A stretch of 64,000 nucleotides of DNA, taken from positions 5,270,001-5,334,000 of the forward strand of contig JBLDXI010000024.1 in NCBI GenBank assembly GCA_047495785.1, written 5' to 3'. Position 1 is the stretch's first letter. Every line of letters begins with the position of its first letter. Below the pieces are notes generated by a model. That model did not search any database. It had not been told where the DNA came from and saw only the letters and a list, made by a program, of their open reading frames with translations. The translations under genes and the position numbers were made by a program. The stretch is from Lepidodermella squamata. Its lineage: Eukaryota; Animalia; Gastrotricha. Shown here piece after piece: positions 36,318 to 49,276 of this stretch.

Positions 36318-37146
36318 CTATGAGCATTGAGTGGTTGTTGTTACCATATTCCCGATACGCTGCGTGACAGTTCGACACCGTTGGCCAGACGCGCCAGCGC
36401 TGAAATGGCCGAAATGAGCGCCACCGGCAAACGCTTGCTGATGCGCGTCGACGTGGGCATGGCGATGAGAGTTTACATGTTCATTATAATGATGGTGCTG
36501 GTGGTGGTTCATGTTAGCTACATTAGGTGGGGATGACATAAAAACAACATTATCACTACCATCAACATTGAACAGTTCTTCTATATTACCGAAGAAAGAA
36601 TCACCGAAATCTTCGCCGAACATGTCATCACCGAATAGGTCGTCGAAACCGAACGGATTTCCGCCGAAGCTGAAACGTTGGCCCGAGTTGTGACCGTGCT
36701 GATGGGCGTGGAAAGCGTCGTCAAAACCACGGAAAAAGTCGTCGAAGTTGAAGTGGAAATCTTGAAAGCCCGCTCCACCGTGTCCAGGACCGCCAGTTTG
36801 GCCTCCAAATGCAGCATCTCCAAACTGATCGTACTGTTTCTTCTTTTCGGGGTCGCTGAGGATCTCATAAGCTGTGAAATAAAACGAATAAATCACTAAT
36901 ATAACCTAGCCACAAGAGCTAACCTTCAGCAATTTCTACGAATTTCTTCTCCGCCTCCTTCTTGTCAATATCCTTGTTTTTGTCGGGATGATATTTGATA
37001 GCAAGCTTTCTGAAAGCGCGTTTGATTTCTTTGTCAGTGGCACCACGTTTCAATCCGAGGATATTGTAGTAGTCTTTAGCAATCGCCGGCAAAGTTAGCA
37101 CCGCCAAGAGCACAAAAAGGCTCAAGGCCAATTTAAAATAAAGCAT
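36318..37146 (-). CDS. DNAJB9: ER DnaJ protein ERdj4
   Basis: Signal peptide, J domain with HPD, G/F region, C-terminal [14 protein letters not shown]; exons 37146-36924 and 36871-36318. Confidence 0.92.
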
Positions 37147-38090
37147 CTGATTCAAAATTTGCTATACAAATCTACAGTAAAATCATTAGACGTTGGATTT
37201 TCAGCTCCAGACCCAAAAGATGATTTCCGAGCATGTGCATACCTTTGAATAAATAAAAAGTGTCCCGATAATGTCGATGAGAGCAAATAGGTGTGTATAT
37301 CACGGGGAGATTTCAAAGATTAACTAATGCAGAAGAGTGCAGCAACTCATCCTCTTGCTGTCAAATAGAAGCGCGCGGGAAGCCTACGTACTACGCAGCC
37401 AGTCATAGGTGACTAGTTAAGCAACACAGCGATACAAGGCCCTGCAAAACATATCACTATTCCGAGAGGGTACTAGATACTACAGCGTTAGCTGATGGGT
37501 ATCAGCTTAAAAGCTTTGAGCTTTAAGCTTACGTGGCACAACAGCCGACCTAAACGTAAAAACCTTCGTAACCAGGAAACTGCGGATGGCTTTACATAAA
37601 TGAATGTAATTAACATTTTTATTGCGAAATACAGGAGATGCTTTTAATTATTTGTGAAAAACAAAGCGTTCAACATTTTAAACCTATCGCGGAGGAATCA
37701 TCTTCCAGCTTCGCCGCGATTCTCGGGACACGAGAGATAAGGGAACCGACCTAGTCCCAGGCTTGTTGAGGGTAATCCACGCATGAATCTCGGTTAGGTC
37801 GTTGATTGATGTTCAATCATTCTGTGGCTTTCAACAATTCACAGTTAACGCACACGTTTAACGTTTTTAGGTGTTGGGTGTTTGGTTCAATCAACCAATC
37901 CTCTAGCGCATTTTTCAGCACCTTGAATATCGTTATCTTCGAGCTTTGTTATATCTGTTGTTTATAATACCGTCCGGATTCTCTTTAGTTATCTTCATAA
38001 CGTAAAAGGCGATCTGAATGTTTTATATTCTTATGGTCATTTGATAGATTCTTATGATTCCAGTTGACACGTGATCTACGCGTAAGGTGA

Positions 38091-40693
38091 ATGAGCGAAA
38101 CATCGCGTGGCATCAGCGTCAAGGAACGGGCAAAGTTATTCGAGTCTTCGTCATCGCCGATGCCATCACCTGGCAACAATGACTCTTCTCTGATAGAGAT
38201 TGGAAACAGTCATTCAGAAAAGTCTGATAATTTATTAACATCTGCGTTTTCGCCCGTCGAACCTGTGCGGAAGTCGTCTTTTCGACCTGCTGTTCTGCCA
38301 AAGCCTCACTTGAAAGAGTCAGAGTTGAGAGATTTGCTCAACAGTGCAAACAGGTCACGTGAAGGCAGTGTTCGCAGTAGCGCAGCATCCGATGGCTCCG
38401 AAAATCTATCACACCCGAGTGACAATACTGCTGCAACTACGTCTTCCGAACCGACTGATCCTAATGATCAAAACTTGACTCAAACTGTTGCATCATCTTC
38501 GCCAAGCCAGCCAGCCAGTGAACGGAATTCTAGCGCCCCTAGCGACGAGTCTTTCGACTCTTCTCAGCGAATCGAAAAAGTTGTTGAGGAACTAGTTTCG
38601 ACCGAAGATTCTTACTTATCAGTGTTGGATTTGCTAATAACCGAATTTCCAGTCTCGATGAATAACCTTGTTAACGGCGAACCCAGTGTTGAAACAATCC
38701 GTGGCGTTATGCGCATAGAGGATTTGAAGCCAATCAAATCATTTCACGCGGAGCATTTACACCCTAAATTTAAGGAGCGTCTCGAAAACTGGCAATCAAA
38801 CCCGCGCATCTCAGACATCATACTTTGGTCAGTCAAATTCTTCAAAGTATACTCGTCATTTGTTGTCAACCAAGAAATTGTCGTGCAAGAATTCGACCGG
38901 CTCGTTGAATATTTTCCGGATTTTAAGCGAGCCGTTGACAGTTTTCAAACTACGACAATGTCTAAGCCAGAATACAGTGCTATTAAAGGCAGGATGGCTT
39001 TTAGATTTACCGAGCTATTCAGAGCTCCTTTCAATCGATTGTTTCATTACAAAAACCTTCTCGAGAGGTATTCTAAGGAACTAGAGAGAAGCTCAACAAC
39101 TTCAGAACCTGCTGATCTAGATGGCGCAAAGAAGGCTATTGTTGAAATGGACGGAGTAATCAAGCATTTAAATGCTAAAATGAAGGAAGAAGTCGAGTTG
39201 AAAAAATTTGAGGAGCAACTACGGAATTTACGGACTAAAATTCCGGAAATACCCGATTTTTTTAAGGACAAAGAGCTCAAATTGGTACGAGAAGGTCAGT
39301 TATTGAAACGAAGCCGTAAAGCAGATCAAAGTCGTTATGTTGTTCTGTTTGATACACACATAATCATCGCTAAGCCGAATCAATTCGGCAATGGCTATTC
39401 GATTAACCACACTTTCGAACTGCAGAACGCGAAAGCTTACGTCGACGAGCGAGATCCACGTAATTTCATTCTATCAGTGCCGCTACCGCATAGCAGCAGC
39501 ACTTTTCGAACGTCTGGCCCCAAGGAGTGTGACCAGTGGGTGCAAGACTTCGAGGAGTGCCGGCGGCGGTTGGTTCCAGGCGATTCGGTCAGCGAGGAGG
39601 CTAGTCAACCGCTTCGTTTGCCGCCGTGGAAGCCCGACCACATGTTTACGAACTGCACGGAATGCGCGAAAAGGTTCAGCGCCATGAATCGAAAGCATCA
39701 TTGCAGGTAAAATTGATTTGATTCGAGAGGAATTTTTCCTGGACACCGCAGAGTAGGGAAATTTTGGACAAAAACCAGGTTCAAAAATATTGTTGCATAA
39801 AATCTGTTAGTTAGCGGGTCATTTTGGGAGTATAAATTCGGAAAAAATTATAAAGTCTTTTAGAAAAGTTACCCTTCGCTGCCGTAATTTTCTATTCTGA
39901 TTAAAGTTTTCTGTTATCTAGGTTATGCGGTCTGGTTTACTGCGAGGCGTGCTCAAAACAGCGCTGGGCCGTTTCTGGCATTTTGCTGCGCGTTTGCGAC
40001 ATTTGCTACGCCATCGGAACCATCGACGCGTGCCCGAGCGCGGAGTTGCCGGCGTCGATTCTCGACAAAATCGGCGGATCTCGGCTGCTGTGGGACCCGA
40101 AGAGCCACATCGAGAAGTGGTACCTGTACAAGGACCAGTTTCTCGCCGACAATTCCGGCTCGATACCGTACCTGCGCGAAATCATCGCCGCGTCAACCAC
40201 CGCGTCGAGGTCCGGCTACGTCTACCAATGGGACGCGAAATCGGCGAAATTCCTCTCTCGATGGGTTGTGCTAGAGCAGAACTGCCTCTTCATTTTCGAG
40301 GCGTGTCAGAACACGATTGCGCTGGAACGGCGGTTTCTCGCCGGTTTCCGCTTCGAAGGCCCGTTTCCGGTCGGCAATTACTCGGACGCGAAGCAGGCGG
40401 CCGAGGCTGTGTCCGTTCGCTTTGTCTTCGCGTGTTTCCACGAAAACTACAACAGTCCGGCTGACGCCAATAATCAAAATTCGATGAGGACAAGCCGAAG
40501 CTTTTCGACCACGCTCTCGAAAATGCTGCCACTCTCAGGCAACAGCAATAACTGCCAGCTGTACTATTTGTTCGGCGTCGAGGAGGACTACATCGCCGAG
40601 GACTGGATCAAGGAGTTGCAGCAGGTGAAGCGCCACTCGGAGCTTGTTGCATCAGCGGCGAATAGCAATAAAATTGTCGAGCAACAAGAATGA
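38091..40693 (+). CDS. FGD-family RhoGEF (DH-PH-FYVE-PH)
   Basis: EELVSTEDSYL DH start; PH; FYVE WKPD..C..C..RKHHCRLCG..C..C; exons 38091-39706 and 39922-40693. Confidence 0.88.
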
Positions 40694-41093
40694 GTTGTGA
40701 TGTGCAAAAAATTAGTGAAAATTCCATGGCTTTTGTTTGCGACAACAAAAATCGAAAAATTAGATTTCGGCGCGCCTGTGATCTATCACCAGGTTAACGT
40801 TATATACAATGCTTTGATATTAATTTAATTAATTTATCGCTTTTTAAAACTGCGGACCGAACAACTTTTGTGAACGTTATTTTGACATTTTTAAAGTCTC
40901 CTTAAAATTCGATTTTTCCCTGTAACATTTTGATTACTATCCACTTCGCTGCTTGAGAATTATTATTATTATTGTAAAATGAAATTTTTCGCCACGCTTT
41001 GTATTGATTATATTGTTTATTAAAAAATCGACGGAATTTTACTTGATCAATAATAAAAAGCTGAGAAATCGATTTTTAGTGGTGATTTATGCT

Positions 41094-42356
41094 ATGATAT
41101 TGCGGCGGTTTTGCTCCTCCTCGAAAACTGGTGCTGATTTGGCGAAAATTTACCTGGCAAACTCGGCGCTGACTTTCCACCCAGAGGAGCAGTTGTTCAC
41201 GAATGAAAACTACTGGAATCAACGATTCGCGGACTCGGTTTCGAAGCGGCACTCGAGGTTTCAAGAAAAACTGGCCGGTCTGCAGTTTTTGGCATTTTCC
41301 GCGAAATTCAGCGAATTAACCGAGCTGAAGCAGGAATTTAAGCGGCTGAATGTTAAAACCAAGGGTGAAAAAGTCGATTTTCAACGCAGAAAAGCCGTAA
41401 AATCGCGGCTAGTCGAGCTGCGATCGGAGCTGTTGTTGAATTGGCTAGCATTACCCGTTGAGCTGGAGCAAGATGTTCCGCTGAAAGAAGACTTGGTTGT
41501 GTCAACTTTCAACTGCGAACCGATTGCTATTGAGCGAGATGAAAAATCAACGCCAATTCGCGATGCGGAATTTATGCCTGAAATCGCGCCCGGAGCCGTT
41601 TTTTATTCAGGAAATTTGGCGAAAATCGACGTGAAATTGAAAGAGTTTTTGCAGGAGAAATTTCGCCAGAAATTTCTGCAAATCTCCTGCCCCGACACGC
41701 TACGGCTGCCGTTTTACCTGTCAACGCTCGGCGAAGCGTTCCACTTGACTGATTTCGACTCGATACGCCAGCTTACGTTGAAAAACGACGCGTTGGACTC
41801 GAAAAATTCGACTGGCCTGGAAAATTCGTTCGTATTGAGGGGCCAATCGACGCAAACTCTGATGTGCCAATTCGCGAAACAATTGATTAAAAAGAAATAT
41901 TTTCCGAAATTGGTCTTCAACCAGGGCGAAATTTACTATTTTTCGAAATATCCGCAACAAAAGTCGGCAATTTCCTTCCTGATTTTGGCTCACAATTCCG
42001 AGCAGTTAACGCAGCAGTTCGACGAGGTGACGAAATTCTTACACGAGGCGATTTTTCAACACTTGCGGCTGCCGTTCAGTTGCGTCAATGTCGCAGCGTC
42101 TCGCTTGGCTGGCTGCGAGTCGAAGCGGCTGGACTTTCTCGGTTCAGACGACCTAGTTTTCGGCTATTTTGCCATGCATCGCGATTATTTTTCGCGGCGC
42201 TGTGAAATTTTCGCGTCAACCGATGGCGCGAGTGATACGTATCGGAACTTGCATTTCCCTGTCATGGCGGCTGGATCGCTTGATGTTGAGGCGATGCTGA
42301 AAGGACTTGTGCCACGATACCACGAAAATCGGCTCACTGAATTGCTTTCATTTTAA
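41094..42356 (+). CDS. Degenerate mitochondrial seryl-tRNA synthetase-like protein (SLIMP-like)
   Basis: Mitochondrial-type N-terminus MILRRFCSS, coiled coil ending LALP, class II core remnants (FYSGNLA, VAASRL, DYFSRR) but lacking motif-2 FRxE/HQF; intronless. Confidence 0.7.
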   Translation: MILRRFCSSSKTGADLAKIYLANSALTFHPEEQLFTNENYWNQRFADSVSKRHSRFQEKLAGLQFLAFSAKFSELTELKQEFKRLNVKTKGEKVDFQRRKAVKSRLVELRSELLLNWLALPVELEQDVPLKEDLVVSTFNCEPIAIERDEKSTPIRDAEFMPEIAPGAVFYSGNLAKIDVKLKEFLQEKFRQKFLQISCPDTLRLPFYLSTLGEAFHLTDFDSIRQLTLKNDALDSKNSTGLENSFVLRGQSTQTLMCQFAKQLIKKKYFPKLVFNQGEIYYFSKYPQQKSAISFLILAHNSEQLTQQFDEVTKFLHEAIFQHLRLPFSCVNVAASRLAGCESKRLDFLGSDDLVFGYFAMHRDYFSRRCEIFASTDGASDTYRNLHFPVMAAGSLDVEAMLKGLVPRYHENRLTELLSF

Positions 42357-42604
42357 ATCGGGAAAATAAATTTAATTTGTTTTGTTTACATTTTAACAAA
42401 GTCTTTCCTTGAGAGTTTGATTGATCACAAAATTCTGAATTTTTCGGAATTCTCAAATTTGAATTTAAATTTATTAACTTTATAACTTATAGTTAATATT
42501 CCTAACATACATTTTTGGTTTATTTACCAGTTTTTTTGAATTTTGAATTTTCAAATTTTTTTCTTGTTAATTTTAGTGTTAATTTTTATCGATTTGAAAA
42601 GAAA

Positions 42605-43324
42605 ATGCATCACTTGGCGCCATTTAGTGCTCAGACAACGATAGCAAGCGTTCACGAATTTGCGGCCGGCATTCCGCCCAAGGACTGGCAACCGCCTTCA
42701 GTTACCATGGAAACGACGATGGGCGTGTTCGAGGTGGAACTCTACTGGAAACACGCGCCGAATACGTGCCGCAATTTCGCCGAGTTGGCCCGGCGCGGCT
42801 ACTACAACGGCATCAAATTCCACCGCATCATCCGCGATTTCATGGTTCAGGGCGGCGATCCTACCGGAACAGGTATATAATTCCTAAAATAATACTCGGT
42901 TTTGAACATTCTTCAAGGAGAAATTCTCTATACAAAAAATCATGCATGTTGTATCAATTTTTTTACTTCATTTAGGCCGAGGCGGCGCGTCGATTTATGG
43001 CCGCACTTTCGATGACGAAATTTCGGACGATCTCAAGCATACCGGTGCTGGAATTTTGTCCATGGCCAACTGTGGCGCTAATACTAACGGTTCGCCAATT
43101 TCGCCTTAATTTTTCTGATTTTTTTTTAAATTTCAAATTGAAATTTAGGGTCGCAATTTTTCATCACCCTAGCGCCAACGCAATGGCTCGACGGCAAGCA
43201 CACGATTTTCGGCCGGATCCGCGGAGGCATGCAGGTTGTCAAGGCGATGGGCCTCGTTGAAGTCGACGAAGCTGACCGGCCGGTGGACGATGTGAAAATT
43301 CTCAAAGCTTACCCGGTTGCTTGA
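42605..43324 (+). CDS. PPIL1: Cyclophilin-type PPIase-like 1
   Basis: [30 protein letters not shown]; exons 42605-42872, 42976-43089, 43149-43324. Confidence 0.95.
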
Positions 43325-43454
43325 AGCGACACAAAATCATCACCCTTTTTAGTCTTTTTTCTGTTGTTTCATTTCAATTAATCACGCCAGCCATTTCATT
43401 TCAATGTTGCTCGATCATTTTTATAGATTAATTGTTGAATATTATTTTGGAAAA

Positions 43455-46090
43455 ATGGTTGTTGAGATTAAGAATTTTATCAACAATAAATTTGTTGAAT
43501 GCGAGAACAAACTGGACAGCGTTAACCCGGCGACGGGCGAGGTGAACGCCCACGTGCCGATGAGTGGGCCCGGCGAGGTCGATGACGCTGTTCGCGCCGC
43601 TAAAGCCGCCTTTCCAAGGTACCGTACTGCCCGGAACAAAAACCATGACATTTGTTTTTTTCAAACGCTGATGAACCCCTGCCATTTAAAAGGGACTGAC
43701 ATTTATTTCGGGCCTGACATTTATTTATTCGAACCAACTAGTAACTTGCCAGGGTACCAAAATGGCATATATTTTCCTGAGATTCTACGTATTTTGACCC
43801 AAAAGTTGGTCCCTGACCTTTCTATAAGCCAATAGTAGAAATTATCTCCATTCAGAATGGCTATACTGACCTCATTAGTGATCTTCAGTATAGTCCCTGC
43901 AATTGACCTGACATTTATTTCGGGCCTGACATTTATTATTTCGAACGACCTCTAACCTCTGACATTTATTTGAGGCTGCCATTAATTTGAGGCTGGCTTT
44001 TTTCGGGCAGTACGGTACATTAGAGTTGAAAAATCACAGTTTTGTGCGGCTAAATTTGGCTAAACTCGGACCCATCGTTTTTCTCCAGTAAAACATAAAT
44101 TGGACCATTTCGGGAGATCCAGGCAGGAAAACTCGAAAGACACCCTTTGGTCCTAAATTTCGGTGCGGAAAATACCCCTTAGTTTGCTCGAAAACTGCAA
44201 ACCATGGGCTTTCAATAGCAATCGAATATATTTTTTATTCTTATTTTTTCGATATAATTAGCTGGTCCGCAACTCCGGTCGCCGAACGCTCGAAATACCT
44301 GAACAAAATCGCGGATCTGCTGGAGGCGCGTCTCGTCGAATTCGCGCACGCCGAATCGGAGGACCAAGGCAAGCCGGTGTGGCTGGCGCACAGCGTCGAC
44401 ATCCCGCGAGCCGTGTACAACTTCCGCTTCTTCGCCTCGAACCAGCTGCACGTGGACCAGCGATCGACGTTTCAGGACCAGTTCGCGACGCTCAACTACG
44501 TGCAGCGGCAGCCGGTGGGCGTGTGCGGCCTCATTTCGCCGTGGAACCTGCCGCTGTACCTGCTGACGTGGAAAATCGCGCCCTGCATCGCCACCGGCAA
44601 CACGTGCGTGTGCAAGCCCAGTGAATTCACGTCGGTCACGGCCTTCATGCTGTGCCAGGTGCTGATCGACGCCAATCTGCCGCCTGGCGTTGTCAACATG
44701 GTGTTCGGCACCGGGCCGCAAGTCGGCGAGCCGCTCGTCAAACACGAGCACGTGCCTGCGATTTCATTCACCGGCTCGACTGTCGTCGGCTCGAGGATTC
44801 AGCAGATTTCGGCACCGTTGTGCAAAAAGTTGTCGCTGGAGCTGGGCGGCAAAAACGCGGGGCTGATTTTTGCGGACTGCGATTTCGATAAATGCGTCGA
44901 AACGAGCGTGCGGTCGAGTTTTACGAACCAGGGCGAGATTTGTCTGTGCACGAGCCGTCTCTATGTTCATGAGTCGATTTACGAGCGATTCGTCGCGAAA
45001 TTCGTCGATTTGGCTCGCAAAATGACGGTGGGCGATCCGAAGGAGGCGACGTCGAAGCTGGGCGCCCTGTGTTCGGCGCCGCACTTCGCCAAGGTTGACG
45101 GCTACGTGAAGCTGGCGCGCGACGAGGGCGCCACCATTCTGTGCGGCCACTCGGTCGATGCGAGGCCGAAACATTTGAACGAAAAGGTTAGATCGAATGA
45201 TGTCATGTTTTAGCGGAACCAAATTGTCTTTTTGGAATAATTTCGTCAAATCATTCCAAAGGTGTGGACATCCGCCTTGTCACCAATTTTGCGAAGCCTA
45301 ATGGAGTGTCTAAATTTATCAGCCTTCATTTTACTAATCGGAAAAATTTAAAATAGCAGTTTTGGGCGAATTACTATCCAGTACCTTCACATTCTTGCGA
45401 GCCTAAGTTGAGCCATTATTCTTGTGAGTTTTTAACCATTTTTTCGCCGTTTGTGTGAATAATTCTTCGAGTAGGCGAATTTTCTGAAACAATTTGTTGG
45501 TCAATTGTCATGTTGCATCCATCGTAAACTTGCGATTTTTCTTTCATTTGAAAATAGGGGCTTTTCATGGCGCCGACGGTGATAACGAACGTGAAGCCTG
45601 GTTCGCGCCTCGAAATGGAGGAAATTTTCGGCCCTGTCGTCTGCATTTGGCCGTTCAAGAGCGAGGCGGAAGCTGTCGAGCGCGCCAATTCGGTCGCCTA
45701 CGGCCTGGCGGCCACTGTTTGGTCGAGCAACGTCAACACGGCTCACAAAGTTGCCCAAAAGCTAGAGGTACATATTTTCGAAATTTCGAGACATTTTGAA
45801 ATCGAAATTTGAATTTTTATACTTATAAATTTGTTTAATCTTTTATGAAAAGAACAAGATGAAGGAAAATATCTTGAGATTTCAATTTGAAAATTCATGA
45901 AAAAATTCGTAATATTTTGATGATATTTTTCCCCATTTAGGCTGGTACAGTTTGGGTCAATTGTTGGATGGTTCGCGATCTGAACATGCCTTTCGGCGGC
46001 ATGAAATCGTCCGGCGTCGGTCGCGAAGGCGGCCACGACTCGCTCGAATTTTTCACCGAGGCTAAAACAATCTGCGTCCAGCTGAATTGA
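43455..46090 (+). CDS. ALDH8A1: 2-aminomuconic semialdehyde dehydrogenase
   Basis: GLISPWNLPLYLLTWKIAP, LELGGKN, NQGEICLC, EEIFGPV; exons 43455-43618, 44262-45186, 45558-45767, 45941-46090. Confidence 0.93.
43622..44015. mobile_element. MITE with TA target duplication (Tc1/mariner-superfamily-like)
   Basis: TA-CCGTACTGCCCG ... CGGGCAGTACGG-TA; repeated internal CTGACATTTATT motifs. Confidence 0.88.
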
Positions 46091-46281
46091 AGGGCTTCCA
46101 TCCATCCATTATTCCGGAAAATAAAACTCATAATTTTTTTCGACTTTGACAAACATCTGAATAATATTTTTCTTGCCGCAAAAAAAATCGAGATTTAAGA
46201 TGAGCTTTATTATTTACGTTATAAAACCAGTATTAATTGATCGGCTATTGATTGCAATAAATAATAATACTTTTTTTCGAC

Positions 46282-46976
46282 TCAACACAATGATGACGCG
46301 TGAATAAAAGCCCGTATTGATAGTACAAAGGCGACGACAGTCTGTGCTGCTGATGTTGTTGAAATCGTGTTCGAGGAGTTGCAAATCGAACTTTTGCAGC
46401 ACTCGACCTGTTGCAGGATGCTGTTTCGTTCCGGGCAGGCGGGGGCACAGTAGCGGTCGATGCGCTGGAAAGCTTTCGCCTCCAAAAACCACAAGCCATT
46501 GTCTTCTTTCTAAAAACAGAAAAATCGTCAAAATTCTCAGTTTATATTTTTATAAATTTTCATAAAATTTTCGAAAGCGTAAAGAGTTGACAGTCCTATA
46601 CAGCTTTATTTTAGAAGCGGCATTTAGCCGTTCAATAAATGTTATAAGTTCAAAGGATATTTCCAAATCTCCGGAATACACAACAAATTCACCGTAATTT
46701 TCAATTTTAAAATTTAAAAAATAAAATGTGGTGCTTAATTATACCTGTTTACAATTGTTTATTTTAAGTTGTTGAATTATAAGCTGTAAGTTGACTTACC
46801 ACGCAAAAATCAGCCGCGTTGCACTCGATAATTTCTCCGGGAAAATTTTTCTGGCAATTATGGCAGTAGAAGCACTCTTTCGCCTCGGCAAATGGCAATA
46901 GCCTCGCGATAATTGCGATTACAGCTGTTAAAAGCCACGCCCAGAAAATGGCACCTTGCTGCAGTGTCAAAATCAT
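46282..46976 (-). CDS. Ly6/uPAR (three-finger) GPI-anchored protein
   Basis: Signal peptide, ECFYC..C...C...C, CC.SS.CN motif, hydrophobic tail; exons 46976-46800 and 46509-46282. Confidence 0.82.
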
Positions 46977-47761
46977 ATTGAAACAGCTCAAATCTGAATT
47001 TCAGTAGTTGCAAAATTTGCGAAATAATTGATGCTGTAACCGCGCGTTTGAATTAAACCGACCTGATGATGAGGATACAAATAGCTAATTGAACTTGCGG
47101 TTAATTGGCGGATAACATCGACAGGTCACGGTGTCTGGCGGTACCAGGTCGGTTTCGCAGCGGCGCCATTGTCCGGCAGCCGCCGTTGCAGCAAATCGGT
47201 CACGTTTGGAGCGGCGCGATGATGAAGATGATGATGACCCCGCGCGCGCTTTTGTTCGAGCGCGTGACCTAAATAATGAGATTATTGCGGGTTACACGCG
47301 CACTCGCACCTTTTGAAAGCGCGGCACCTTTGAGCGCAATTGGAAAATAGTGCCTGCCGCTCGAACGTCTCAGTTAGACTTGGCACCGAACAAGTGCAAA
47401 ATTCGCTAGTTAAATTGTATCGCAACTAGAGATTGCTAATTTTAAAATAGGCAAGAATGTGAAGGAAGAATTGAGAGTGAGTTTTAATGTCCCAAGTTTT
47501 ATTTAAGTTTCTTTTTGTAAAGTGGCACGCATGATTTATTGCCACTAGTATTATGCGCCACTTTTTCCGGCAGTGTAGCCGAAAATATTAATTCCAAGCC
47601 AACAAATTACGAGAGTAAAAAAATTTTCGCCTTCTATCTCTCATGCAGAATAACGGAATACTCTATGGCTAGCCATAGAGAAATAAAATTTGGCCAAACT
47701 CACTCGGGGTTCCAGATCGGGGGGAATTTTATTTCTCCATGGAAAGCCATAGAGTAATGCT

Positions 47762-48263
47762 ATTCCTACATGCGCACTATCTGGAGCCACTTTTGGGGTG
47801 TTAAAGGGTCATACCCCTGTGAAAATAGCGTAAAAATTGAAATAAAAAGTCCGCCTTAAAAAAATTAATTCAGCCATAGAGAATTAAGCAATCTTGGATG
47901 GGTCAGAATACAGAAACACTTTTCTTGTACGAATGACTGTATGAATCGAGGTTCCGCAGGAACCGAAGATGAATACAGTCATTCGTACAAGAAAAGTGTT
48001 TCTGTATTCTGAGTAAATCCGAGATTGCTTTTCTCCTCTGTACCTGCTAAAAACTCGGAGAAACGTAGCTAGTAAGTGCGGGAAAAAGTGATCTTGTACG
48101 CCATTTATATAGGAAAATGCGATAATAAAAAGTCCATCTTAATAAAAGTGTTTCTGTATTGTACAGGAATACAGAAACACTATTTCTGTATCGTTTTTTA
48201 GCCTCAATCATAGGAGAAATTCAATTTCCCAATGGCAAAATTATACCATGCGCATGTAGGAAT
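47762..48263. repeat. Fold-back/MITE-like element with nested inverted repeats
   Basis: Outer IR ATTCCTACATGCGCA (47762-47776/48249-48263); inner perfect 40-bp arms 47903-47942/47973-48012. Confidence 0.7.
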
Positions 48264-49042
48264 GTTAAGAATACATTGAAAATATATGTTTATGTCCCGA
48301 ATTTTCAATTTCTCTTCCTAAATCGACACAGAATGGTATTTCGTGCCACTTTTTACGGCGAAATTATAGGAGACCTCCTTGTAAATGCAATACTTTTTTC
48401 GTTCTCCCACCTAACATACGTACCTAATGTTGGCTTTGACTTGGTTTACGATAGCAATGTTTAAAGTAAAACCAGGTATTCTGCGTCCATTTATCATTTA
48501 CGGGGAGAAATTTGAATTTGAAAACGAACAATATAATAATAAAAATCGTTCCATCAAATCGATAAAATCGGTGCATATCAACGGCGGAGAGTTTATTGGG
48601 TTTTTATGCTCAGAAACTTACGCTGAAGGATTACAGGAATTTATTCTTTCTGATCGAAGAAATAATATCGATGGCGATCGAGAGTGGACTGCCTAAATGG
48701 GAAAAGCCGATGGGCTCAGGATAGTTTTCTATGTGCTATTAAAAACTGCCCGTTGACAATCAATCGGCTTTCCCTGAACTCTGACGAAGAATGGAAAGTA
48801 AAATATGATGATGCCGACACAATACATAAAGCTGCATGCGACAAACAAGCTGCATTCCTTGAAGTTCGGCTTTAGATCAGCATTTTTATAACGGAAGAAG
48901 GATTGGCATGTCACGTTGAAATTGAAACTAATATGTTTTAAAAAAACTAAATTGCTTCATTCCAATTATTGAACGATAAGGTGCGAAATCGGCCCCTACT
49001 CGCAGATGTTTAGAGTTTAGAGGGTAATACGATTTCCAAGTT

Positions 49043-49276
49043 TTATACCGGTTCAAATAGTTGCCAGCTGATCCCTCGAGTCCTCATCATCTGCACTTGC
49101 CTGCACATTTCGGTGATGTCAACATTTTTCCGGACACTGAAAAACGGTGAGATTGCCTTTGTAAGAGTTTTGAAGCTACTTTGAGCCGTCAGAGGTTTTC
49201 TAGACGCTGCTTCTGAACTTGTGTTCAATCGCCAATCATTCGAAACTATGCTAGTTTTCTTAGTTTCAGCATCCAT
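49043..49276 (-). CDS. Small protein of unknown function (77 aa)
   Basis: ATG in good context downstream of a splice acceptor (CTACAG); no recognisable domain. Confidence 0.35.
   Translation of the reverse strand: MDAETKKTSIVSNDWRLNTSSEAASRKPLTAQSSFKTLTKAISPFFSVRKNVDITEMCRQVQMMRTRGISWQLFEPV

Noticed and set aside
47120-47275. Cluster of AGGTCA-like half sites upstream of the Ly6 gene
   Set aside because: Short motifs without defined spacing; cannot be separated from chance
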